Assembly (NCBI RefSeq): GCF_004010195.1
Contig: NC_057719.1
Coordinates: 95,451,184-95,495,430 of the forward strand
DNA length: 44,247 nt
Reading direction: 5' to 3'
Source: Chiloscyllium plagiosum
Taxonomy: Eukaryota
Shown here: positions 13,249 to 25,576 of the stretch, piece by piece
How positions within the stretch are numbered: the stretch's first letter is position 1
How the letters are laid out: each line of letters begins with the position of its first letter
Position numbers and translations under genes: made by a program
Notes under the pieces: model-generated
What the model was told of the DNA's origin: nothing
Database searches by the model: none
What the model saw: only the letters and a program-made list of their open reading frames with translations

Positions 13249-14236
13249 NNNNNNNNNNNNNNNNNNNNNNNNNNNNNNNNNNNNNNNNNNNNNNNNNNNN
13301 NNNNNNNNNNNNNNNNNNNNNNNNNNNNNNNNNNNNNNNNNNNNNNNNNNNNNNNNNNNNNNNNNNNNNNNNNNNNNNNNNNNNNNNNNNNNNNNNNNNN
13401 NNNNNNNNNNNNNNNNNNNNNNNNNNNNNNNNNNNNNNNNNNNNNNNNNNNNNNNNNNNNNNNNNNNNNNNNNNNNNNNNNNNNNNNNNNNNNNNNNNNN
13501 NNNNNNNNNNNNNNNNNNNNNNNNNNNNNNNNNNNNNNNNNNNNNNNNNNNNNNNNNNNNNNNNNNNNNNNNNNNNNNNNNNNNNNNNNNNNNNNNNNNN
13601 NNNNNNNNNNNNNNNNNNNNNNNNNNNNNNNNNNNNNNNNNNNNNNNNNNNNNNNNNNNNNNNNNNNNNNNNNNNNNNNNNNNNNNNNNNNNNNNNNNNN
13701 NNNNNNNNNNNNNNNNNNNNNNNNNNNNNNNNNNNNNNNNNNNNNNNNNNNNNNNNNNNNNNNNNNNNNNNNNNNNNNNNNNNNNNNNNNNNNNNNNNNN
13801 NNNNNNNNNNNNNNNNNNNNNNNNNNNNNNNNNNNNNNNNNNNNNNNNNNNNNNNNNNNNNNNNNNNNNNNNNNNNNNNNNNNNNNNNNNNNNNNNNNNN
13901 NNNNNNNNNNNNNNNNNNNNNNNNNNNNNNNNNNNNNNNNNNNNNNNNNNNNNNNNNNNNNNNNNNNNNNNNNNNNNNNNNNNNNNNNNNNNNNNNNNNN
14001 NNNNNNNNNNNNNNNNNNNNNNNNNNNNNNNNNNNNNNNNNNNNNNNNNNNNNNNNNNNNNNNNNNNNNNNNNNNNNNNNNNNNNNNNNNNNNNNNNNNN
14101 NNNNNNNNNNNNNNNNNNNNNNNNNNNNNNNNNNNNNNNNNNNNNNNNNNNNNNNNNNNNNNNNNNNNNNNNNNNNNNNNNNNNNNNNNNNNNNNNNNNN
14201 NNNNNNNNNNNNNNNNNNNNNNNNNNNNNNNNNNNN
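13249..14236. other. Assembly gap (988 N) inside the PLE
   Basis: Run of N. Confidence 1.
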
Positions 14237-14425
14237 TACACACAGACGCGCACACAGACACCCACACACACCCTTATAGACACACAGACTCCCACACATG
14301 CACCCCCTCACAGACTTAAGACACTCTGCATTCACTACACACACACACACTTTCTCACACTCACAACCCCCACCCCAGACAGACAAACAGACAGACAGAC
14401 AAAGACCCACATGCACACATATATA
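14237..14425. repeat. Degenerate (CA)n/(CAGA)n microsatellite in the PLE 3' region
   Basis: Visible CA-rich tract. Confidence 0.85.
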
Positions 14426-14842
14426 TTGTGTGTGGTGAATTTGTTTGGTACTTGCAGAGTTACATTGCACTTTGCTCAAAAACCACATAGATTCATGTAG
14501 AACTCTGAGCTCAAAAACTGCATGAATTTATGTAAAACTCTGTTATCTCACTTTTTAGATTAGAATCAATCTAAACAAAACATCAGGTGATAGACAGAGA
14601 ACACAGGGGGCTAACACCTTCAACATATTGTCTAGCTATCACCATTGTTAACAGCTAACCCGAGAATGCAACTTTAAAAAAAAGGGTTTTGTGATTTACA
14701 CATGAAAGAAGTGAAACTATCACTGTATTCTAACAGATGAAAGGCTTAACATACAATCAATTCTTAAATGTATAATTTCAGTTACATCACACTGTAAATT
14801 TTTGCTCTAAATTCTGTGTGTTAGGATTGAGTCCTCCATTAC

Positions 14843-14877
14843 CACCTGATGAAGGAGCGTCGCTCCGAAAGCTAGTG
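14843..14877 (+). ncRNA. Minimal type I hammerhead ribozyme motif in the PLE 3' terminal repeat
   Basis: CAC-CUGAUGA-A-GGAGC-GUC-GCUCC-GAAA-GC-UA-GUG: intact core, 5-bp helix II, helix I CAC/GUG, palindromic AGCU helix III. Confidence 0.8.
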
Positions 14878-14929
14878 TGCTTCCAATTAAACCTGTTGGA
14901 CTATAACCTGGTGTTGTGTGATTTTTTAA

Positions 14930-15300
14930 CTCTGTTTGAATGACAGCAGCTCACACAACACTCAAGAAGCTCAAACCATCCAGGACAAAGCAGCCCTCTT
15001 GGCAGGTGCCACATCTAACATTTTCAACATTCACTCCTCCACCACTGACGTACAAAGTGTACTGTAGGAACTCGCCAAACCTCCTTCAACTACATCTTCC
15101 AAACCCTGCGAGCTCTACGAGAAGGACAAGGGCACCACCATCTGCAAGTTGTCCTCCAAGTCACACAACATTCTGCTTTGGTGTTGAAACACGAACTGGT
15201 GTACCCACCCTTATGGACTGAAGTGATCACAAAGACAGATGACCACCACCTCTCAAAGGCAACTGGGGTTGGACAATAAGGGCTAGCCGACATTCAACAT
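14930..15300 (+). mobile_element. Old non-LTR LINE 3' end, right half
   Basis: Continuation of 11590-11810; ends caccacctctcaaaggcaactggggttggacaataa, which is mirrored on the minus strand at 40640-40800. Confidence 0.6.
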
Positions 15301-15575
15301 CCAATTGAACAAGTATAAATAGAGCAGGTGAACTGTGAACCTGAATAAGCTCCCAAAGGGTATATCATCATCAGAGATGTGAGGAATACTATCTCATATG
15401 AGTTTGTAGTAGCAGTTTAAAAGAAGAACTTTGGAAAGATTGAAATCTAACAGAGAAGGAGATTTATGTGGTTTGGATTGAGGATCAGAAAGACAGAAAG
15501 GAGTTATACATAAAGACGTCTTATTTGTATCTTTACCAATCTGCAAGTTAGGATCTTTTTAAGTACAAATTTTTA

Positions 15576-15708
15576 AATTGCCCATAGTGTTAGGTGCAGT
15601 GGTAAATGTAGGAAAATGGGTCTAGGTGGGTTGCGTTTCGGCGAGTTGGTATGGACTTGTTGGGCCGAAGGGCCTGTTTCCACACTGTAAGTAATCTAAT
15701 CTAATCTA
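15576..15708 (+). mobile_element. V-SINE 3' half
   Basis: aaattgcccatagtgttagg...gggccgaagggcctgtttccacactgtaagt followed by (aatct)n. Confidence 0.85.
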
Positions 15709-15709
15709 A

Positions 15710-16398
15710 AAATAGAAGTTTAGAACTTGGTAGAAGTCTTAAAATTATGAAATGCATAGATATGGTTAATGGTCAGAATCTTTTTCCTCAATTTAGATTA
15801 CTTACAGTGTGGAAACAGGCCCTTCGGCCCAACAAGTCCACACCGACCCGCCGAAGCATAACCCACCCATACCCCTACATTTACCCCTTTACCTAACACT
15901 ACGGGCAATTTAGCATGGCCAATTCACCTGACCTGCACATCTTTGGACTGTGGGAGGAAACCGGAGCACCCGGAGGAAACCCACGCAGACACGGGGAGAA
16001 TGTGCAAACTCCACACAGTCAGTCGCCTGAGTCGGGAATTGAACCCGGGTCTCTGGCGCTGTGAGGCAGCAGTGCTAACCACTGTGCCACCGTGCCGCCA
16101 GTTGTCTAATAATAGGGGACATGTATTCAACATGAGAGGGGGAAAGTTCAAAGGAGATATCAGGGGAACTTTTTTTTTACACAGAGAGTGGTAGAAATGT
16201 GGAACGTGCTGTTGGGGTGGTGATGGATGCAGATGCAATTGTGGTATTTAATGGACTTTTAAATAATCACATGAATATATAAGGAATGGTGGGATATCGA
16301 TCAAGGGCAGGCAGAAGGGATTAGTTTAATTTGGGGTCATGTTCAGAACAACATGGTGGACGAAGGGCCTGTTCCTGTGCTATCCTGTTCTATGTTCA
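15710..16398 (+). mobile_element. Old CR1 3' end interrupted by a SINE
   Basis: IEV-KIMK-IDMVN-like sequence before the SINE; FFTQRVV..WN-like sequence and the gggcctgttcctgtgcta...ttctatgttc tail after it. Confidence 0.75.
15793..16099 (-). mobile_element. tRNA-derived V-SINE, full length, young
   Basis: Nearly the reverse complement of 35669-35983; A/B boxes and V-domain intact, CpGs retained. Confidence 0.93.
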
Positions 16399-17399
16399 AA
16401 TGGCTACTTCTGGACCTGCATTGGCCCTTGGTTAAATATTGTAATTACATCCCAAATTGTACCTGTGTGAAACATTAAACATTTAAATTGATGTTTTCCT
16501 AAATATTGAATGGTAAATCAGCAATATGCATCCTTTATTTTGTTTTGTTGCCTATCTGCCTCAGTTCCAAGACTAGGGCAGTAATGAGATGAAAATGAAA
16601 ATCGGCAGCATTATAGAGAAAAAGAAGCAGCTGAATTGGCTTTTATTACACTCCAAATGCTGCTGCCTTTGCACCATAAATTATTGAGTTCTCCTGCTTT
16701 AACACCCTCTGTTATTGTGAGCGTCTCTGTAATTGAATGTACTCTCGGATACACATCAACAGAGGTTAAAGATGTTTCCTCAGAACTCAATCTGGAGAGA
16801 TTAAACATGTTTAGTCTTCTATTGAACTTTTTCTTAGCTTGAAGATATATTCAATGTTAACTCAAAGGATTTAAAACCTTTATATGGATGGACTGAAAGT
16901 TAGCCACTGCATTAGCCGTATAGCCAATGAAATGCACCCATCTTCTTTTCCCCAGTTGCATACTTTATGTGAAACAGAAGGATATACGCTGGAGCCAAAG
17001 ACATTAATTAAACCAAACAGAAACCATTTAGTCCCGTCCCAGCTGCCACATATATATTTACACATGTTTATAAAAATGCAAAAATGATTGTTACTGAAAT
17101 AATACATCAATATTTAAAGATAAAATACAATGTTCACAATTATTGTAATAATAAACAATAATCAGACCTTCTAATATAGTAATGCCTCCAGTTGTCAACC
17201 AAACCATACTTAAAGTCAACAAAATGACAAATGGGAATAGATTTGCTTTAAATGTAACTACTTAACGAGGTCAAACTGCCCCAAAAATCTTGATTTACAA
17301 AATGTTTGAGAAAGGGAGAGGTAAACATCAATGTCTTTACATGACTCTGTCTGGGAAAATGCCCAAAGTCCTCAGGGACCAAACTTATTAACAGTCTCA

Positions 17400-17520
17400 A
17401 CACATTGTTCCTGTTAACTCTGCTTTCTCCTCCCAGGCAATGCCAGACCTTCCAAGTTTTTCCAGCAATTTCTGTTTTCATTTCTGATTTCCAGCATCTG
17501 CAGTTCTTTGTATATTTTTT
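17400..17520. mobile_element. Short PLE-derived repeat fragment (gccagacct family)
   Basis: Similar to the arms of 19445-19660, 27790-27915 and 35300-35448. Confidence 0.6.
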
Positions 17521-18811
17521 GAATAGGAGAGATAAAGATATCTTAAACCACACAAAGAAAACAAGGTGTTCAGATCCAGTAATTTAGATCGTTCTGGAGT
17601 TTGGTAATTTAAAGGAGAATATTCAGTTCTGTCTGCTTTTTATTCATTCTGGTTAGTCATACAGGAAAGGGTATACTTATTTTGTGCTGATTTATTCAAG
17701 TAGATAATTATTATTATAATACAAGGACAAACATATTTGACACGAAGGAGTGTTAGGATAAGGTGATGGAGTGAAGTAATAGGCTTTTACTTAAAGGTAT
17801 AAGTGAACGAGTTCAGACAATGGCGATGAAGGTCGAATTTGTTTAATCTTATGATCAGATGCACCCTCTGAACCTTTTCAGAACACCTCTGAAAGATATT
17901 CTGCCTGCTGTCCTTCTCCACATCAGTACTTTCTGCACGGCTGGAGAGGGCACTGTAGAGCAGACCATTGTATGGGAAGGTGGTGGTGTCGTGACAATGT
18001 CATGGGGCTAGTCATTGGAAACCCAGGTCAATGTGATGGATGGAGAACCTTGAAGGAATCAAGAGTTCTGGGACAATAACAGAAATGTGGAGTCGAGGAT
18101 TAACAGATCAAAATTCATCTCATTCAACCATAGCTTGGTCTCAATGGGCTGAATGGCCTACTTCTTTTTCTATATCTTAAGTTCCAGACAAATGTCTGTT
18201 TCAGGATGTGTTTCTTTCTGGACAAGTTTGGATCTGCATTTGATTGCCAATAGAGAGCATCGGAGACATCAAATGTTCCCCTTCAAAATTCTAATATCTA
18301 TTACAAAACCAGTTGGAACTGGCCAATCACAATGGACGAAAAGATAAAAGGAGAAAAGGTTGACAGGAAAGAATATTAAGAGATCAGCACAAATGAAAAT
18401 CAGAACCGTGGCATTACATTATCTAAATGCATACTAATTTTATATTACAGTGCCATCCCACCAGAGGTCTGCCAATGCCAGTGACCATGATAGTAATGGC
18501 ACAATATCGAATGTTATCTGAGGATGCTGAGCTGAGTAAATTGTTAAGGAAATCTGAGATTTTCTTTGGTTTATCTTATTACTAAAGCAAATTCATTTTG
18601 AGGACTTGTTAGCTATAGAAGGTGCCAAACAAGTTAATTATCAACCAGGAAGTGCTTCCAATCTGCCACAAGATGGTGACAGAGGAGCAATGCTGATTTC
18701 AAGCTCCTGAGACCATTCACTTCCACCTGCTTGGCTTTCTTTTTGCTGTTGCCCTTTCTTTTCCCCCTTCCTGTTAAAGTATATTGTTTCAGCTAAGCAT
18801 TGGTGACAGAT

Positions 18812-18957
18812 CCTGTCTGAGCAGATTCCTGGATCCAGTGAGGGATCCGGTGATCAGAGGCTGTGAGCAGGACCTATCCAAGCAGGTTTGCGGATCCAGT
18901 GAGGGATCCAGTGATTGGAGGCTCTGAGCGTGCCCTGCCCAAGCATGTTGCAAGATC
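18812..18957. repeat. About 61-bp tandem repeat, about 2.4 copies
   Basis: ggatccagtgagggatccRgtgat..gaggct.tgagc occurs twice, plus a partial third unit. Confidence 0.75.
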
Positions 18958-19444
18958 TAGTTGCAGCACCGGTAGTTATAGAGTCAGAGACAGTGGCAGG
19001 AGATCAGAGGGTGTTAGAGTCAGAGGCACAAAGCACCCAGCTCCTCCTGAGACTCCAGGCTGTGGCTTGGCCCAGTACCTGCATAGAGATAAGACTGAAA
19101 CATAACTTTAATGTCTGGATGTTTCTCATTCCTTTTGGTTCTGTTTCCTTTATTTCTGCCTTTTTTCAAAATTCCAGTTTTGTAAACAAGAGTGGATGAA
19201 TGGCGCTACAGAATTATCACTTTGTACACTTTTCGCTGGACTTTTGTATTCCTGTTCTTGAGTACACATGACAGTAATATCCAATTCTAATTCTAATTCC
19301 AATACATCTGATGGCAGGTGCCAATTTGATGCCAAACACAAGTATGATACAATTGTAGTGAAAATAGATGATCATATTCAACTTTAATACTTTGACTTTA
19401 ATGTGGATTAAAAATGGTTTAAAAAGGGCACGAATGATTTAAAT

Positions 19445-19660
19445 AAAAACAAAAGGCACTGTGGATGCTGTAAATTAGAAAAAAAAACAGAAAGTGCTGA
19501 AAAAGCCCAGCAGGTCTGGCAGCATCTGTGAAGAGAAATCAGAGTTAATGTTTTGGGTCGAGTGACCGTTCCACAGAACTTCGAACCAAAATGCTATCTA
19601 TGATTTCCCTCCACAGATGCTGCCAGACCTGCTGAGCTTTTTTAGCAGTTTCTGTTTTCT
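19445..19660. mobile_element. Inverted dimer of a short PLE-derived repeat with a decayed hammerhead
   Basis: cagcaggtctggcagcatctgtg pairs with cacagatgctgccagacctgctg; the minus strand reads ctgtggaacggtcactcgacccaaaacatta (eroded CUGANGA...GAAA). Confidence 0.7.
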
Positions 19661-19849
19661 TTAACTACTGATCTAAAATGCCTGCTGTGATCACCTTGAA
19701 AGCCCCAGTGACTCCCGTGTACTATTCAAAACCAGCTGTAATAGCCTTTTTAATCAAGAACCACTGAAACTTAGGATCTTTGTGTATGAAACAGTCATTG
19801 CTCCAACTCTTCCCCCTGGCTCCAAAGCTTAGATTATGTATCAATGCCA

Positions 19850-20300
19850 CTTCAAAGTCCTTGAGAAGTACAATCAATGCTGCTTGAGATGTTGAGATCA
19901 GCTAGGAGGACAGATGTACTAAAATCAGCATCTTTGAAGCAGCCAATAGCACCAACATTGAGACTATCATCATCCAAAACCAACTCCACTGGGCTGCTCA
20001 TGTGTTTAGGAAGCCTGACTTTCAATTACCAAAACAAATTATCTTTGCCCCACTCAAGGAAGGCATTCGAATGAGAGGTGGACAGAGAAAGGGTTTCAAA
20101 CACTCCCTGTAGGCTTCCATCAAGAAACACATATCAACATCAATTTGTGGGAGCACCTTGCTTAGAAGAAACTGACTTGAAGGAAACTCCTGGGTGTATG
20201 GACACAATTCTCCCAGGACGCCCATTGGTAAGAAGAAATATGGAAAGCCAAGGACCTGGAGACCAAAGGCCAATTCCACCTCCCGGAATGTGTGCTAGGT
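19850..20300 (+). mobile_element. Decayed RTE-clade LINE 3' fragment
   Basis: Frameshifted remnants resembling QNQLHWAAHVFR, LPKQI, RGGQRKGFK. Confidence 0.6.
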
Positions 20301-20489
20301 GATGTCGCTCTAGGATTGGGCTGATCAGCCATGCAAGGACTCACAGAACCCAGCAGCACTAACATGGAATTTCCAAGGTGGACAATCAGACTCATTAGCA
20401 AGTTTTTGCAAATAACAATAATGACTAAAACTCTGGGAGGAGTAAAGAAACAGGATCACCACTTCAACAGTTGGAGCTAATGTTTCATT

Positions 20490-20850
20490 TTGTGTGAGTG
20501 CGTGTATGTACGTGTGAGAGTGCATGTGTGTGTTTGTGTGTATGTACTTGTCTGTGAGTGAATGTGTGTATGTGTGAGTGTGTGAGTGAAAGTGTGTGTC
20601 TGTGTGTGAGAGTGAGAGTGTGTGTGAGTGTGAGAGTGAGAGTGTGTGAGGGTACCTATGTGTCTATGTGTGAGTGTATGTGTATATCTGTGCGAGAGTG
20701 CATGTGTGTGTGTCTGTGTGTGAATGTGTGAAAGTGTGTGTGTGTGAGTGCGTGTATATGTGTGTATAAGAGTATGTATGTGTGTGAGAGTATGTGTTTG
20801 AGTGTGAGTGAGAGTGTGTGTCTGAGAGTGTGTGAGTGAGTGTGTGAGTG
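20490..20850. repeat. Degenerate (GT)n/(GA)n microsatellite
   Basis: Visible GT-rich tract. Confidence 0.95.
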
Positions 20851-23672
20851 CCTTTTATGTCATTTTTAGGGACTGTTTATTATAAAATTCCTCTGTCTTT
20901 CAATCAAGAAAACCTTGAAGTTTCACATCTATTTTGATTCAGTTATGTAATTTTTACTCGACATGAAGAAGCTGTGTGGTAAAATAAAAGGATGTGTTGC
21001 AGCGAACTGGAGGCAGCTTAAAACGAGCGAGCGACGGAACCCTGCCTGTATCACGCCAGCTGGGGATGTTCGTATTACTCAGGGACAGTCTGTGAGGAAG
21101 GATAAGATTTGTTTGTCAATCATATAAATTCAAATATCTAATATCATAGGCCAGTCCAGCAAAGTCTGTCAGGCATGGAGTGAAAGCTGCTCACTGTCTT
21201 CACCAGGTTAGCTGAGGCAGGAGAAAGCACTTTGTTTCAAACTAATGTCACAGCCAAGTTTCATATTATCACCACCTTTCTTTCCAGGGCCCAAACACCA
21301 TTAATTACTTCCCTGAAATGTTCAGAAGATGCTTACAACCCCTTCACACCTACTAGATTTCTTGCAACTATACTTTCATTAAAGATAATTTAATTGGGAA
21401 GATTCACATTAATTTAATTCTTATATCTAATAACATGCCTGCAAAAACACATTCATTCACACTTCGGTTGTGGTCCATATGGTCATTCACACTCTATAAT
21501 TACTTCACAAAGAAAAAGTGTTTCATAACCAGAGATAGAAAATTACCACGATGAAGAAACACCAGCACTTTTTTAGTCTTATAAGGATTGGTATACTGGA
21601 AAAGCAGTAGACCATATAACAGCCAGTGTGACAGTTTGTGGCCAGTAAATAAATTATCCTTTTCTTGTCTTACCAATTCATCCAACACACAAAAAAATGT
21701 CAGAGTGAAATGAATCCTTGAGCTTATATCCTATACTACCAGTTGTATCAAAATAATACATTGAGGAAGGCCATTAAAAAAACCATTCTCTCTACTTCAT
21801 GGCCATCCAACCAACTTTCCAGAATTGGATTCCAATACAATTTATATCAAAGGGAGGGAGAAACTAATAGATCTCTCAGGCTTTCTTGGAGATAACACTC
21901 GCTCGGTACAGCTGAAAGAGAGAGAAAAATTAAGTGTGTGTTCTGGAGTGCCTTCTTATTTCCTGTAGGACAAGCTTTATCACAGAAATGGTATTATTGT
22001 TAAGGGAAATAACCAAAAGAGCAAGGTGAATAAAGGCATCTTCAGCTCAAAGACATTGCAACATTTGTTGAATTCTGTACTTTTGATCTGAGCTAAACCA
22101 AACCAAACCTCTAAGTCAAACCTGGTTCACTCATTCCTCATTATCTTAAAGGCAAGTGCACAATGGAATGAAAAAAATTGCCTGATAATGACTGGGAATG
22201 TCATGTTGTTATACTATGCCCTCATTAATCATTGAGCTGTGAGTCAGCTTAGGTAATAGTGACATCATGAAATTGAGTAACAGCCTACCAAAAGAATAAG
22301 AAAATCTTCTTATTGGGTCATGAAGCTCTTCACTGTAACCAGGAGATGCGCACCTGGATACAGATCAATTACTCAGTGTCTCTTCCTTTTTAAATTGGGT
22401 GTTGCTCTTGATTGAATTTCTTGTTAGGCAGAGCAACAGCACTTGATATTTGAAAATGGACAGGTGGGATTGCAGTATTTGGCTGGATTGCAGTATTTGG
22501 CTGGACTCCAGTCTACAGCCCTTAAAACCCATTTCCTTCAGTACAGTTTTAATATCACTTGTTTGTGAAGTACAGCTTGAAGCTTTTTCCCATGCAATTT
22601 GCAGGCTAGAAAGGTGGATAAGAAAACGTTTTTCTGCTTACTTTCATGGTGTTATGTTCCAAACAGTTGGACCTGCCGTTACTGGGAACAACATCAGATA
22701 AAATGTGAGTGCCTTGGTGTTAGAAATATATTTTAGTTGACTCAAATTGCACTTTCACAATACTGCTCAATAAATTGCATTGGATTGTGGAATGAATACT
22801 TAAATTGTGATCTACATTGTTAGTGTATTCTGTGCTCTTACAGCCCCATTGTAAATGTATTGGCATTCAAATAGCCACAGGTGGCTTTTTAAACTTATTC
22901 ATTTCTACTTCCATTGGATAGGAAATCCAAAACTAAGGACAAAACAGATCAGAATCAATCCCATCCTCCAGACAATGAGGCCCCACAGTCCAAGGATCCT
23001 TTATCAGTTTATAATGCAGTCTTCCCCTCACAGTTAATGGGAAAAGCACAGTCACTGACTGGTGGGAGTGGATTCGAACCAAGAAAGGGAGGATGAGGGG
23101 AGAATTGTGAATAACCTGAATTATGGTCAAGGAAGTGAAAAGCATATGATAGAAGTTGATGGTGGATGATCTTCCTGGATTACTACAGATGGTTCCCATT
23201 TACTATAATGTTAATAGTAATCCAAGGAGAGCACTTGAGCTGTGGCTGCAATGTCCTTATCCTGGACTGAGAGCCTCAAGACACATCTGGTCCGGAGGTG
23301 TGCAGGAACATCTCTGAACAGACTGATTAGGAAAATATCTAAATAATAATCTGAGATGTGGCTTATGTGGAAACATTGGATATGGCTATTATTTGGTGAA
23401 AGTGTTGATAGTTGTGTTAGGATAGGCAACTGATCTCCACTGAAATTACCGACTGATGCTCATTTAGAAATCTGAATGGCATTTAAGTGAGTAGTGTTTG
23501 GACTAAATTCCTCTCTGAACAGATTGGGAATAAAATAGTCGTTTCAGAAAATTTCAACCATTAATTAAACTTATTTCACATTTTACTGTTCACTGCTGCA
23601 GTAAGTTTGGAAAGGAATTTTGAAATACTTAGAGACTTCCATTGACACTTTGACAAGGTTTCATGTATAATC

Positions 23673-25047
23673 AAGATTTATGGATGTAGGTTTGCTCGCT
23701 GAGCTGAAAGGTTCATTTCCAGATGTTTCATTACCTTACTAGATAACATCTTCAGTGGACCTCATGCGAAGCAATGCTGAAACTTCCTGCTTCCTATTTA
23801 TATGTTTAGGTTTCTTTGGGTTGGTGATGTCATTTCCTTTGGTGATGTTATTTCCTGTGGTGAATTCACTTCCTGTTCTTTTTCTCAGGGAGTGGTAGAT
23901 GGGGTCTAACTTGATGTGTTTGTTGATAGAGTTCTGGTTAGAATGCTATGCTTCTAGGAATTCTTGTGCATGTCTTTGTTTGGCTTGTCCTAGGATGGAT
24001 GTGTTGTCCCAGTCGAAGTGGTGTCTTTTCTCATCCGTGTATAAGGATACTAGTGAGAGAGGGTCATGTCTTTTTGTGGCTAGTTGGTGTTCATGTATCC
24101 TGGTGGCTAGTTATCTGCCTGTTTGTCCAATGTATTGTTTGTTACAGTTCTTGCATGGTATTTTGTAAATGATGTTAGTTTTGCTCATTGTATAGAGTCT
24201 TTCAAGTTCGTTAGCTGCTGTTTAGTGTGTTGGTGGGTTTGTGGGCTACCATGATGCCAAGGGGTCCGAATAGTCTGGCAGTCATTTCTGAGGTGTCTTT
24301 GATGTAGGGGCGATTGACTAGGATTTCTGGATGGGTTTTGTCTGTTTGTTTGGGTTTGTTGCTGAGAAATTGGTGGACTGTGTTCATTGGGTACCCATTC
24401 TCTTTAAACACACGGTATAGGTATTTTCCTCTGCTCTGCGTAGTTCCTCTGTGCTGAAGTGTGTTGTGGCTCATTTAAATAATGTTCTAATGCAGCTCCG
24501 TTTGTGGGTGTTGGGTGATTGTGTCTGTAGTTCAGTATTTGGTCCGTATGTGTTGTTTTCCTGTAGATGCTGGTTTGAAGTTCCCCATTGGCTGTTCACT
24601 CAACTGTGACATCTAGGAATGGCAGTTTGTTGTTGTTTTCCTCCTCTTTAGTGAATTTTATGCCAGTAAGGGTATTATCCATAATGAGGAAAGACACCAC
24701 TTCGACTGGGACAACACATCCATCCTAGGACAAGCCAAACAAAGATATGCACAAGAATTCCTAGAAGCATAGCATTCCAACCAGGACTCTATCAACAAAC
24801 ACATCGAGTTAGACCCCATCTATCACCCCCTTAGAAAAGGAACAGGAAGTGAATTCACCACAGGAAATAACATCACCAAAGGAAATGACATCACCAACCC
24901 AAAGAAACCTAAACATATAAATAGGAAGCAGGAAGTTTCAGCATTGCTTCGCATGAGATCCACTGAAGATGTTACCTAGTAAGGTCTGGAAATGAACCTT
25001 CCAACTCAGCGAGCAAAACCTACATCCAGAACCTCAACTTGAGCTAC
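23673..25047 (-). mobile_element. 5'-truncated Penelope/Poseidon-like element (RT thumb and GIY-YIG endonuclease) with an inverted copy of its 3' end
   Basis: Minus strand encodes VFKENGYP..., PYIK, VAHKPTNTL, NIIYKIPCKNCNKQYIGQTGR, RIHEH, HHFDWDN; 24685-25030 is the reverse complement of about 23680-24035. Confidence 0.92.
23718..23759 (-). ncRNA. Minimal hammerhead ribozyme motif in the PLE 3' end
   Basis: Minus strand: UCCA-CUGAAGA-UGUUAUC-UAGUAA-GGUAAU-GAAA-CA-UC-UGGA; helix I UCCA/UGGA; helix III palindrome mutated. Confidence 0.65.
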
Positions 25048-25364
25048 AAATCTTCTCAAAACTCGCTCATCAAAACTTAATCCAGAAATTCCCTGAAGAA
25101 TTTACTTAAAAGAAAATGGATGTTAATTTTTACCAACATTTCAACAGTGACACATTGGAAAATTACTTCAATGCTGTAAAACAGTTTGAGCCAAAAAGTG
25201 GTCATGAAGATCATTCTCAAAATACATTGAGTCAAAGAGTTATACAGCACATCTGTGGAGATCCCTGCCCAGTGAAGCAGTTGAGGCTTCCTTGTTTGAA
25301 CAGTAAAGGAATAAAAGGTTATGGTGAGCTGGCAGGTAAGTGGAGCTGAGTCAACAAAAAGATC

Positions 25365-25460
25365 AGAGCTGAGAAGGGTGGTGCTGGAAAAGCACACCCG
25401 GTCAGGCAGCATCTGAGGAGCAGGAGAGTCGACATTTCGGGCATAAGCTCTTCATCAGAT
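25365..25460 (-). mobile_element. Short hammerhead-bearing repeat (gctggaaaagcacagcagg family) inserted in an old CR1 tail
   Basis: Minus strand: CUGAUGA-AGAGC-UUAU-GCCC-GAAA-UG-UC; flanks 25270-25575 resemble a CR1 3' UTR. Confidence 0.75.
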
Positions 25461-25576
25461 CTTCATCTGCTGTATTCGCTTTCTCCAACAAAATGATCAG
25501 CCATGATCTCACTGAATGGTGGAGCAGGCTCGAAGGACCAGATGACCTACACTTGCTCCTAGCACTTATTGTCTTA

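Larger units (their letters stand above)
11811..14929 (+). mobile_element. Penelope-like element (possibly Neptune clade) with a partial upstream direct terminal repeat, RT ORF, (CA)n tract, hammerhead and 14-bp TSD
   Basis: ORF motifs VNLSD..L...E..VLSRGLNFCPT, IVIKPADKGG, FYCLPKVHK, GRPIVSG, LYTSIPH; 11835-11998 is repeated at 14460-14677; TSD ctctgtttgaatga at 11797-11810 and 14930-14943. Confidence 0.92.

Noticed and set aside
13171..14500. ORFs spanning N runs (also 2048-3346)
   Set aside because: Artefacts of translating assembly gaps
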